Positions 1-13,000 of a DNA stretch of 64,000 bases are shown one piece after another (the first letter of the stretch is position 1; the number at the start of each line of letters is the position of its first letter). The notes below the pieces were generated by a model. The model worked only from the letters and a program-made list of their open reading frames with translations. It was not told where the DNA came from and ran no database searches. The translations under genes and the position numbers were made by a program. Origin of the DNA: Callorhinchus milii (lineage: Eukaryota); the NCBI RefSeq assembly GCF_018977255.1, contig NW_024704743.1:33296001-33360000 (forward strand). The letters run 5' to 3'.

Positions 1-507
1 TCTCACCCTTGATCTGAAGTTGTCTTTGGAGATTTTCACTAGTCTTTCATTACTAGAAGCAGAATTATTGTCCTTGGAATTGTTTTTAAAGGGATTTTGT
101 GGTACTCACTATCCCATTGGAGCTATCTGTAGATGGTTAGACATGAAGCAGCCACTGTGCTCACTGTGTGTTACAAAGCTGAAACCTCCATAGAGTCAGC
201 TACAGTTTACTGCGGCTTTTCTGTATATTGATAAATTTAAAAATAGAAAACGCAGAATATATTTTTCTCATTATCTTAAATATATTTTTTAAATGGCTCA
301 GGAAAAAAATCAGCATGTGCCAATACGCATGTTTGCTTGTACACTGATCTCAGTATCCATACATTAACTTGTTCACTTAGCTGAAGCAAATCTATAGGAT
401 CCTGGGCATAACCAATGTCTGTATCATTTTCACACTGCAGAGCATGTTGTGAAGGGGTATTAACATGCTGTAGTATTTGTACTCATGTGATGAAATGTCA
501 ATTGGAC

Positions 508-722
508 TTTTAACAATTTGAAAACAAAAACAGAAGTCGCTGGGAACACTCAGCAGGTCAAGCAACATCTATGGAGAAAGGAAAGTGAGTCAACGTTTCG
601 GGTCCATGGCTTTCCTTTCTCCATAGATGCTGCCTGACCTGCTGAATGTTCCCAGCGACTTCTGTTTTTGTTTTCAGATTTCCAGCATCTGCAGTATTTT
701 GTGTTCTTTTTTAACAATTTGA
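508..722. mobile_element. Foldback insertion, probably Penelope-like, with 14-bp target-site duplication
   Basis: Inverted arms ~521-586 and ~610-675; TTTTAACAATTTGA at 508-521 and 709-722; related fragment at ~19921-19970. Confidence 0.7.
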
Positions 723-946
723 GTTCTCTTACAGCAGTAGCATTACTTAGTATAAAACAAAGCACAATTTGCATTACAGTGCCTTTCCAATACATCCTTC
801 AATATCCAGCAGTTCATTAGCAATGCGGACATAATATTACATAATCTTTCCTGTTGCATAGGCTTGTGTGTACTGTTTATCTCAATGTTATTGAGTTGCA
901 TAGTTCTCTGTGTGTTCCCTACTGACCAGTTTCCCTTTACTCTCAG

Positions 947-1010
947 AATATGCACTTAGTTGAAGGCGAGATGGAAACTCTTCTGGGAGAATTTCACATT
1001 AAGATGAAAG
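947..1010 (+). CDS. RIPOR2: RIPOR2 exon ([22 protein letters not shown]), GC donor
   Basis: ttccctttactctcAG acceptor; AAG|GCAAGT donor; phase 0 to 1. Confidence 0.9.
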
Positions 1011-4000
1011 GCAAGTATCAACAGAATTAAAAATAGCAGAATTTTCCTGTGCTGATAGCACATCTTGAATACCTGGGTTATTGCTAGAATATGATGATTC
1101 GTATGATTTATGGAAAATAGTAGAATGCTCTTGAATTTTTCAATAACCAGAAAAATTTGTTTGAAAGTAATTTTTGAAATGGACAGAAATATGGTAGGTT
1201 CCATAGGCAAACCTCAGTTTTGAATCAATCAGGTTTGCTTTATTCATCTCTTATATAAATGCAGCTATCCTCAATTTTTCCCTCTTCTCTTCTTTCCTTT
1301 CCTCTCATTTCAGGGGTTTGGTCCCACAGTCACTTCAGTACCTTACCTTACCTTCACCCTGGCTCATTTCATAACATTCTCAGAAAGGTTGTAGGTTCAA
1401 GTCCCACATTAGGACTTTGATCTCACAGTCTAAGCTGACACTCCAGTGCAGTGCTGGGGGTGTGCTGCAATGACAAATATGCTGTTCTTCAGATGAGACG
1501 TTAAACGGAGGTCTACCTGTTCAGGTGGAAGTTAAAGATCCCATGACATGATTCTAAAAAAGAAGAGAATTTATCCCAATGTCCTAGTCAACAATCCTCC
1601 AAATAAAATTGGTCAGTCATTTCATGTCTGTTTGTGGGTTCTTTGAGTAAATGTTGAACCATGGAGAGCAGAAAGGCAAGTCGGCTGTCACTTTCAACAA
1701 CAACTTGCACTTATATAGCGTCCTTCATGCAGGGTAGCAACTCAGAGCGCTTAACAGCGGTGGAGCCTGACTATAAGCGAGGGGGCAGGTGGCCGTAAGC
1801 ACGGTCGAAGAGGAAAGTTTTCAGGCGGGACGTGAAAGAGGGACATGAAAGCCACACTAGGTTGCTTTCGCCCACAAAATACATATTCACTACACTTCAC
1901 ATAAAATCCTGTGAAGCACTTTGAGGCATGGTCCTAATGCAAATGTTACTATATCAAATGCATGGATTATTATTTATTATTACCTTCTCTAGGTAGCCAT
2001 CTTCAAATGAAGTATCTTGAGGACAGTTTTAAGACCATGTTGTTCTGGCTGAGATCAGTGAACTACATAGAAACTGAAGCCTTTCTGCAGTTCATTACAA
2101 TACTAAGTTGTTCATTTACTCAAAGAGCCCTTGGGGGAAGCCCACACAGTTTCTGTTTACCCCGTAGGGTAAAGCCAGCTATTCTGGTGAACCCTCTAAT
2201 CTGTAATTAGATTGTGTTTACTGACATTATTAAAGTGGAAAGGATCGGGGCAGGGAGCAATGAAATATAATAATGAAAATGTGCAACAGCTAAAAGAAGA
2301 GAAAAGGGTGCTGAATTATTCACAGCGACCACAGGTACATTATACACAGCTCTAATCTGATAAACACGCTGACGTGCCAACTGAAGTACGTAGTGTTTCA
2401 GATATGAGCGTTGAAGGTTGTCACAGTTTCAGAAAGCAACACCACAAAACAACATTTATATTTAAAAGCGTTCCTTCAGTTTACTCTTCTCTCCCTCCGG
2501 TAAAATTAAAATAATTTCCTTTTGGTTTTAAAGTGTTGGAGAGTGGGCTCTCTAGTACCTCATTTCATATTACACGTGTGAGCCTACTGTCTACTGGATG
2601 GTCCACATAATAACACATAAGCACCTCATGCAGAGATCTCTGGCCAGTGATCAACCACGCGAACCTTAACTAATTTTTCCCCTCTCCCTAACTCAAAGCT
2701 CCAACTGCTGCCTCAGCTCAGGTCAGCATAGACCAGGATTCAACCTGTATGGGCCAGTGTTGCACCATGTGACTAGTACATTTATTTACTCACTAACTGA
2801 ACCATCAGGGGAGCTAATATTAACCAATGTAAATGGCCGTTTAAAGTTCGTTGTTAATACAATGGCCCAAAATAAATTCTGCCTCTACTTTGCACTATAT
2901 AAAAATATCGAGTTGTTTAGCAAATGGAACGTAGAAGCTTTTATGACCACATCCAACTGTATAATAGGCTTGAAAGTAACATAAATATAGCTCATACCGC
3001 AATCTCACCTAATACAATTTGCACTCTGCAGGTTTAGCCGGCTTTGCACGTCTCTGTCCAGGAGATCAATATGAAGTAAGTGGCTTTTACTTTTGTTTTT
3101 TTCAAAAGGGGAATAGCATATTTCTACTCGCATTGATTATCAGTGAGCTAATTCATGGGTTTCCTTCAAAGTAGCAGAGATTAAAAATCTATCTTGATCT
3201 TTTACTTAAACCTATGTTCCAATGTAACCCAGGGAAAAGCCTGGTCGAGTTCTGCTCAAGAGAGAATTAGTTCTCCCAGTGTCCTGGCCAAACATCTTTG
3301 GGATAAAATTAGTCCTTCACTTCATGGCTGTTTGTGGGATAATGATGTATGCAAATTGACCTGCAAAAATACATAGTCACAGTAAATCCTGTGAAACGCT
3401 TTGAGACATCCTCCCGACATGAAAGGTGTTATGTCAAATGCAAGCATTATGATAACATTCTAATTAACATTAGAGACTGTTTTGTGTAACGTGTATTAAA
3501 TACTGTGCCATATATTTCTTGTCTCCTCAAGATTTTCATGCGCTATGGTCGTCAGCGCTGGAAGTTAAAAGGGAAGATAGAAGCCAACGACAGACAAAGC
3601 TGGGATGGAGAAGACATGATCTTCTTACCACTGATTAATGAATTATTCTCAATTAAGGTACTTAGAAGCACATTTGCACATATGTGAACATTTAAAATGT
3701 GTGATATTTTATTTTATTTATAAATATTGTACTAACATGCACAAGTTTTTCATAGGAAAAATAATTTCTGTGCTGCTGGGCTAAGGTAAACAGGCAGGTA
3801 GGGAGGTGGGGGATGTTGCCTTTGGAGGGAAGGGAAGAAAGCCAGGTCTGTACAGTGAAGGTGCAGAATTGGATGCATATCTGGAGTTTTTGCCTGGTTT
3901 CCTTCGAATTCAAGGTTCATTCGTAATATTGCTCCTCAGGATGTAAAGTGTGGGGTGAGTTTCATGACAGCTCCAACTATTTGCAGTCGCTTGCTTTACC

Positions 4001-7000
4001 AAGTGCAAAAATACGCCTGGAGTTTTGTGAAAAAAAAGCTTTGTACCTAGAAGAGGATTGCAGTTTTGGCCCAGATTTTACTAATCATTTTCTCCTTATT
4101 GAAGCATAGGAACTAATTGTAGCTAATATAATGTTTAAAATTGTGTGAAGCAAAGTTGTGATATGCAGCAAGTACACTATTTGATAAAGTACACAGCATT
4201 GCAACTCAGATTACATAACATTCCAAGTGTGGAGGAGGTGTAAAGGCAAATCATGGTTTTACATTTACCTATAATTACAGTCATCACACTTTACAGTGAA
4301 TCCTATGACGCTCTTTGAGACAGTTCAATTACTATTATTACATTTTGTCGGTACTTGGACAATGGTAACTGTTTTAGTTGGGCCTTTATGTCAACGATGC
4401 TACATTTTGTGTTCTAGAAATGTAAGATATCACAATAAGGATGCTTAAATATAAAATGAACTCTTATCACCCATCAGTAGAAACTATCTTCAGCAGCTCA
4501 CTGAACCATTGGCCATTAGCTGAATGGCCATTATCACCAGCGCAGCAGAAAGTTCTGTCATTGAACTACATGCCTTTTGAAGTATCAGAGTGATATGGTA
4601 TCAGGGCAGGACATCTTCATTGGACATCTCTGCTTTACATCAGTGGCTTGAACATTAGGGTTGCATTGTCCATTGTATTTTTGAGTTCTATGTATCTGCT
4701 TTGTGTTGAGAAGTGTTGGACCTAGTGAGATGCCACTGTAGATATTGAAGGCTTGTGATGCTGAAGGGAACATGGAGTGGGAACTGTGTGTTGGAATATC
4801 AATGTGCAGCAGCCATTGAGTGGAAGATTGATGAGGTTAGTTTCTGTAAGCTACACCACATTATAGCTGATCCACAGAGGCCGAGCCTTTCCCTGCATGA
4901 GGTAAGACGGCTTGATTGAAAAATATCCCTCAGGCTATAGCCACATGCTTCCAGCAACTGCAGTTTGATAGCGATGTAGAGGCTGTGTTGTCTGTAGAGA
5001 GAAGGCAGATATAGGGATGGATGTGTATTTTGCAGATTTTTCTTGAGCTTCTGGGTAGCTCATTTGGTTGAGCACCTGACGTGGGCCTGGAAAGCTCAGG
5101 GTTTAAAACCAGACAAATCCTCTCAGTCGTACACTCTTTTTGAGGTTAATAAAGTGAGTTTGCTATCTAAAAATAGGGACATGGAAGATAAACTGGATTT
5201 TCCTGGGACTGACTTGGCTCCCAAGAAGTTATGCTTGACAAAATCAGGTTGCTCTACAGTATTCCAGGGCATGTCTAGCTACTCATTACGATTTAGACTT
5301 TAACCATAGGAGCTAAATGGAGAGGAAGGTATTTGCTAGACAAATAACTTGCTGTGTGGCTACCTTATCAATGTATAAGTTTCTGCTGGGGATAGGGTGG
5401 GTGGAAAGGATAGGTTTTGTGAGGTCTGGAAAGAGTCGCTTTGTGCGTTCAATGCTGTTTCTCTCTTTCTATGCTTTATGTTCTTATACCTCTACTACTG
5501 ACGGTTGGATAGTGTAGTTCAAGCCTGTTATATGTTATCCCTAGGTGTCAGAGCTGAAGGGACTGGCTACACATCTCCTGGTTGGCAGCGTTACCTGTGA
5601 AACAAAGGACCTATTCACAGCCAGACCTCAGTTGGTTGCTGTTGACATCAACGACCTTGGCACCGTCAAGCTAAACCTTGAAGTCACCTGGTAGTAAGTA
5701 TCACAGTTGTCAATTGCTACTGTGATCTTCACATTCCAAACACGAAGGGTATTAAGAGGCATGGAGAAAAACAGGGAAGTAACATCAAAAGATCTGCTAT
5801 GGAAAATCTGTGGTCTGAAATTGCTGATGGTAATCATACCACAGTATTCAAGTTTAAATTTAAGACTGCAAAATTTGGGCGATTCATTAAAATAAGCATT
5901 AATTTGGATGCCTGTTTCACAATTCTTAAAAGATCTCTGAACAGGTTATAATAATAATAATCCTTACATTTGGTATAGCACCTTAGCGCTTCACACGATA
6001 TACTGTAAAGTGTAGGGACCATGAATTTTTTGTGGGTGAACGCTTTATCAGGAAGAGTGGAATGTAAACATCCAATGTGGTGTCTAGTGCTAATGCTTTG
6101 CAAATACTCCTCAAAAAGGTTGGTTCAAATCTACCTGATACGACAAATGAGTTAAACAATCCACTGCTTATTCTCTGAAATATAGCCATATATCGAGAAC
6201 CACCTCTGCGTAATAATAAAGATCCCGAGTCCCCCATCCATTGCTCCTTTGAAGATGGCTAAATGTGAGTCATGTTCACCAGAACATCTGTTAGTTAGTG
6301 TGGAAGCAAGAAAACCAATTATCCAAGACTACTATTCATTTATAAATTGTGATTCAACAATGAAAGGATAACAGAAGCCTTCCTACAGGTTTTAAAAAGC
6401 CAGTCAAAAAAGGACTGTTTTTTTTACAAATTTATAATTAATACCTATTAAATTCATCAGGTCTGTTCCTTTAGAACCTGAATTGTTACTGGGTTAACCT
6501 AATTCCTCCCAGACCCATACAGTTCAGTGTACACACCACCACTATGAGGCCATTTGTTTTGTACACCATAGGAGCTGCGCAAACAGGAAACCCTTCATTC
6601 TCCCTTTGTAATCCTGAGATGCCCTCTTCAGGTTCAATTCAGTATTGCATTTCAACACCACTAATAATGCTGGTGGAAACCAAAGTAAATATTTTCTACA
6701 AACAATCTTAAATAAATTTAGCTGCTACAGATTCCGTTATGGTGGAATAAATTTCTACACAAACATGTTGCGTTCTGAGATGCTACCCCATAAATGCAGG
6801 TTGTTGTTGCTGCAGCATATTCAGACCATGGCTTGTAAACAATATGTGCGGTTGATGTCAAAAGGATAGAACAATGCTATGTAAGCTTGGCTCTCCACTA
6901 ACTATTTGTATTCTTTATCTGCAGTCCATTTGACAAGGAAGATCTGACCCCATCCACTGGAAATCTAAACAAGGCTACCTCTGTGCAGAGACGATGCTCC

Positions 7001-10000
7001 ATATATAGCCAAAACACCCCAGATACTCCCACCTTTGAAGACTACTCCTTCTTTGTAAATATTTTTTTTAACCTTAATGCCTTTATACAAAGCTAAACAT
7101 ATTTACGCAAGTAAATTATTTAAAGGGTTCAGTGACCCACAGGTATTTTGGGGGATGCTATTGTTGTGTTGTTTATTTGCGGTTTCTTTACTCTTTGTGA
7201 TCATTTCAGTTTAGTGTGATACTGTAATGTAGGTTGTTAGTGTTGCAAGCAGTTGGCCATACTCATAAACAATAACCATTCTATTTGATGTATTGCCTAT
7301 AGCTTCAAGCCATGTGGAAGTGCTTTACAAGTAGTTGCTATTACGTGTAGGTGACTGCACATTGATATGCAGTCACAACAGTTAATTTGTGTACAACAAA
7401 GTCACACAAATGGCTATGAAGTGAATGACTAATTTATCCAGAAGATTCTTGACCAGGACGCAAGGAGAAACTCCCTTCTCCTTTTGAATAGTATTACAGG
7501 ATCTTTCATGTCTATCTAATCAGGCAGGTGGGTTTAATGTCTCATCGAAAAGTCTAATATGAAATGTTTAGAGTAACTCGGTTTACAGAGTAAAACTGCC
7601 CATATTTTGAAACTGGTTGCCAGACTCCTTCAAAAAGACAATGCGAATGACTGGTATGTGATGGAAGTATCATAATTCTGTAAATATTAGTCCCCAGGAT
7701 TTTAAGGGCTAAAATTGTATCCTTTATCAGGGGTAAATTTTTCAGTGAGTTTCCAAATTACCACACAGCATTAACACAAAAAGCCCCAGAAATATTTTCA
7801 CATTACAAACCAAGATATGCTTTCATAAGAACTCTTGATAAATTTCCCCCAAGTTATGAGACTGACTGACAGAAAGATTTGGCCATTCTGTTGAAGTTCT
7901 AAAATCCGTATACTGACACTTCATCCCAATAAAAAAATCAAGCATTGGTAAATGTCATGGGTTATAGATTCACGTGTTCAATGTAGATGTTTGCCCAGCC
8001 CTCCCACATATTGCCACGCGGGAGAAGCCCTGTAAACTACCTGCTGGCTTTATAAGTTTCTTCTTTGACTAACCATTTCCTGAAACAGCTGCACTTACTA
8101 ACACTTTGAATTTGAACCTGCCAAGAAATGCCTGCAGCCACCTGAAGACCGACTACGGCTTTCATTCATAGACGTTCTACGAGATACGTTCTTTGACAAA
8201 CTGCGGCGCAGTCGCTCTTTCAGTGATCTGCCGTCGCTCAGGCTGAGGTCTGCGGGCAGGCTGGAGCTTTATGTGAGTCCTGTTGTGGTGGAGATCTGTT
8301 CTACGATTGGCACCTTGTGTGTGTGTGTGTGTGTGTGGTGTGTGTGTTTTACTGGGTTGCTGAGTTTACCAAATTACAGATCTCTGTGTGCCATTCCAAT
8401 TCCCTGTGTTGGTGTGAAGCAAAGGAAAACGTATTTGAATACAAGTCCCTTGTGAATAAATCAGTGGATCACAAACACGTAGCTTCTAACAAACCAAAGC
8501 TTTCTTGCTTGCTTACATGCAAACTTTCCCAATGTGTTGGAATTCTGTATTCCTGTCTTTATAATTGCTGTATTCCATTCTGGGGTGTACCTTTGCTACG
8601 TCGCAATATTTAGAGTGGTGCACTTTAGTTTTGCATTGTCTTGAATTCAGAGAGAAACGTCTGTTCAACTGACTGACACAGAATTGAAAATGCAATATTT
8701 CCAACTTGGATTTATGAGTAACAACTCTACCTTGCAAGTAGTGTCTCCTTGACAGTAGCTGCAAGTAGACCCCTCCATCTGTTCACCCTGTCTTCTCTGA
8801 CACCAAACCCTTATTATAACATAGTCCCATTTCCTCTCAACTTGACCCACCCCATTCATATTTGGATTTCACCATCTTTGACAACTTTAATAAACAATAT
8901 AAGATGATATCATTTTTTACAACCTACGAGCATCTCCTTACACTGCATCTCAACTACAGGTCTGTTCTACAAGGGATTGGTTTACGTTTAACGATTTGTC
9001 ACGAGTAACATAAAACAACTTTACTTTTGTCAACAGAACTAAAATGATACAATGTAATCTACGTTTCGAGCATGAAGATGCCAATATTTTGAATTTAAGT
9101 AGAATAATGTTTCTTTTCCACTAATACTGATATCAGATAACCACAATCATATCAGATTGTGTGATCAAATTTGTTTTATTGCTCAGTGGGATTCCTTCTC
9201 AAAAAGAAATCCGAGTCTCAGAAATGGGATTTTTCAGTCACTATACGTATTTTCAGCCGTCTGAAATAATAATAATAATAATCCTTGCATTTGATATAGC
9301 GCCTTATCACGTCTTCGAGACATCTCAAAGCGCTTCACAGAATATACTGTAAAGTGAATTGACTGTATATTTTGTGGGCGAAATGCAATACTAATTGGAA
9401 TATTTTGGGCTCCTATCTTGGAATATAATCTGCATCCGGAGCCGAGTTCTCATGGGTCGAAGGGAATTCCAATGGGATTTCTTATTAACCAATACAATGA
9501 TGTAATAACTGCAAATTAGATCCCAGTCTTCTTTGCAGCACACATAACGCAGCAGTGTATATTATTTGATCTGGATTTCAGTTGAACATTCAGTCACCAC
9601 TAGCAGCTCTCAGACTCTGATATTGTCCCTTGCCATTCAAGGGTTGCCCTTGAGAATCTGCATATCAACTGTACCCTCCATCTGTTGTTGAGGCATTACT
9701 TGGGAAATAAAGTGAAAATTTCTTATGTTTATTATACTGAATTCAAAATATTCCAATTAGTATTGATTTTTTTCTGACTTGAACTCAAAACCATAGAAAT
9801 ATCTGACACAGTAGGAGGCCATTCATCCCCTTTTTGTGTCAGTATTTGCTCTTTCTAGAATTCATCCATCTTTATCTCAATTCAGCAACAACTTGCATTT
9901 ATATAGCGCCTTGAAGCACTTAAATTCCCTGCTCTAAATTTAATTTTCTCTTGCCTTGAAACACAAGAGGGGTTTTGACAGAGCCTCCCCAGTGAACATG

Positions 10001-13000
10001 AAGCAGAATTCCCGTATGTGCTATATATATGGCTGTAGGATGTGAGAGCTTATCCACCCTTGGCCACTGTGGTGAGGAAGCACTTGTCCCAAAGGCACAC
10101 TCACAAATTCAGAAATGTCTGGGTTCTGAGTCAAAGATTCCCCTCCACCATTGTATTCCTCCTATCAGGGCCAGGTATGAGAGTTCAGCAGTTTTTGCGC
10201 TCAGTGTTTTTTGGAGTAAAAATTCAAAATGTCATATATTAAATTTTACAATAATGTCCTCAGTCTTCAGCTTTGTAAGATTCTAAGAGTGAAAGTGAAA
10301 TATTATAACAATCATGAATGTCTTCTGCTATCTTTAACACCCAAACCACTGTTGTTTGTTTCACATGAGTTTCTATTGTGGGAGACCAGTATTTATTCTG
10401 GAGAGCTCTGTCACCCATTCGTTTCTGATGGCACGTCCCTTTTAATTGCTATGGTATTAGGTTTACTTCATGACTATTATTTTTCACCAGGTTTATCATC
10501 ATGTGTGTAGGCTGCCATACTTGATATGGAGAGATCCAATCTGTCAGCATATTTCTAAAGCTAGCTTTCTCGTTGCAGACTTCCTTACACGAGGATAATG
10601 CCTTTGAGAACGGGATCTTGGCAGGCGAAAAATCTATGTCCCTCAGCTACAGCCACCTTGCAAATGGAACCTGTATTACCACACCCACTCTGACATCTGC
10701 TCCTCGGGTCTACTCCAACCCTGAAATCACTGTGACTCCACCAAATGCTCAGGACGAAGACTCGGGATCCCAAACATCAACAAGTGCAGTGGATGATGCC
10801 GTGGCATCACCAGAGGAACCAGCTCAAAGAACCAGTTGTCGGTCTTCCTTTGCATCTGATCCAGGAGAAGAAGAGCGAGACAACCAGGCAGTATCCTCCA
10901 TGCGGGCAGAGCATGACCAATGTGCTCCAGACCGCGGAAACGAGGTGTTTTTAGAATCTGATGTCGCTGTTGGACTGCTTCAAGACTCGGACGAGATGTC
11001 TGACCTCAAGCCTGTTGAATTGGACACATATGAAGGCAATCTGACCAAGCAGCTGGTGAAGAGGTTGACCTCAGCAGAAAAGCTGCTGGGCTGCAACCCA
11101 CAGGAAATGGAGGGATTCATCACCAGCGATTGCGAGGGGATGAGGCCCGTGTCAGAGATGAGGCTGGAGGAAGCTCTGCAGGGCCTCTTCCTAGCGCTGG
11201 AGCCACATAAGGAGCGGTATAAGGAGCTTCATGATCTGGAGCAGGAACTCCTGCGTCTTGAGGATCTCCTTAAGGTCAGCCTTTTTAAATGCTGCTGAAT
11301 TGTGCTTTGGCGCCTCATAAATGTACATTCAGTGTATTTTCTCATGTTTATTTAGAGAAATGAGGTAGCAATTCCACCTCGGTCTGGATTTACTGTCTCT
11401 GTGTAAGATGTCAGTGTCCTGAATGTGGCAAATTCTTAAATAGAATCTTGATTTTTAAATAGTTTTGGCCATAAAACACACATTCAATCCACTTTACAGT
11501 ATATCCTGTGAAGCGCTTCAGAGATGTCTCAATGACGTCATAAGATGCTATTTTCAAATGCAAGGATTATTTTACTTTAAGTTTGTTTCATATTTGCAGA
11601 AAAGAATCTTGAAAATTAAGATTGAATTCAACAATGTCCAAATTGTGGATCCTCTGAAATGTTAAGATACAGAGTAAATCTGGACTCAGCTAGAGTAAAG
11701 AATTAAACTGTAGAGTGTGCCATGCCATTGATAAAGCAGTTTCCTCTTATCTAGGGTTACAAATGGCAAAATATTTTTAAAATTATTCTAAATTTTAATT
11801 GAAAACTATTCATAATCTGAAATGCACTAAAATATTTCCATCTCCAACTAAAGCTAAGGTCGGTATGACCGGATAAAACAAGTGGAAATCAAATCAGCGA
11901 CATAAATCCTTCCACTGACAGTGATATACAGGTTAATAGAGAGCTGGTAGTGGTTGCAGGGTGGTTACAATCCTATTGTGGCCTCAGGTGACATTATAAA
12001 TTGCAAGACTAAAGCTTGAGTCACAGATAATTGTCACCTGACCCCTTCGATTCAATTGCTGCCTTTAAATCACTCCAGTTTTATGGTCATTTGTTTTTTT
12101 CTGGGATGGTTTTATTGAGTGTTTTAGTCTATTGCAAATAAGTTATTGGACCACAGAGGGCAACATAGCCATGATCCATCCTGTCCTTACCCATCTTTCA
12201 TACTTGTGAACCTTCTAACAGGGATCACTAAAAAAAGCATCAGAAAACGTGGCTGATTTCCCCCATCCTCTCTTTTTCCTGACAAACACCAACACCAACT
12301 GTAGCTATTACCGATTGGTATTAAATAGCTCAGCGCCGAGAAAGGGATTGAATATAGAATTCTGCTGGTTGGTATGACCTCAATGTCACATACCGTAACT
12401 ATCGAAAGTACATTTTAAAAGAATTTAGTATTTCATTTAATTTTAGAACAAGAAGTCACAGGGTGCATTTGTCAATCAAATGTTCAAGGGTTAGATCATT
12501 ATAATAATCCTTGCATTTGATATAGCGCTTTTCACATCTTCTAGACCTCTCAAAGTGCTTCACAGAATAGACTGTAAAGTGAATTGACTGTATATTTGTG
12601 GGCGAAATGTATATTTGTGGGCGAAATAGGCCAGCAGTGTCCCACAAACAGTCGTGGATTGAAATGACCAATTTATTATTGGATTTTTTTGGAGGGATTA
12701 TTATCAGGCGTGTGGAGTAAGGAAACTTGCCCAAGGTTTCACCCTGACGGGAATCGAACCCAGATCTCTTGCTTGCAAAGTGAGTGCTCTAACCACTGAC
12801 CTACCATTGTAGCACCTAACCCTGAAATATTCCTTCAGTTTATCTGAATTTGAAAGGCGTTATATAAATGCAATTTGTTCTTGTAGTTGAACATTGGAAG
12901 TTAAATAAACCCCAGTTCTTTCTCAGATGACAGTGCTCTATTGGTAAAAACATTAGCCAATAATACTAAAAGCCTCTGCATTTAAAATAGTTCTTGCCCT

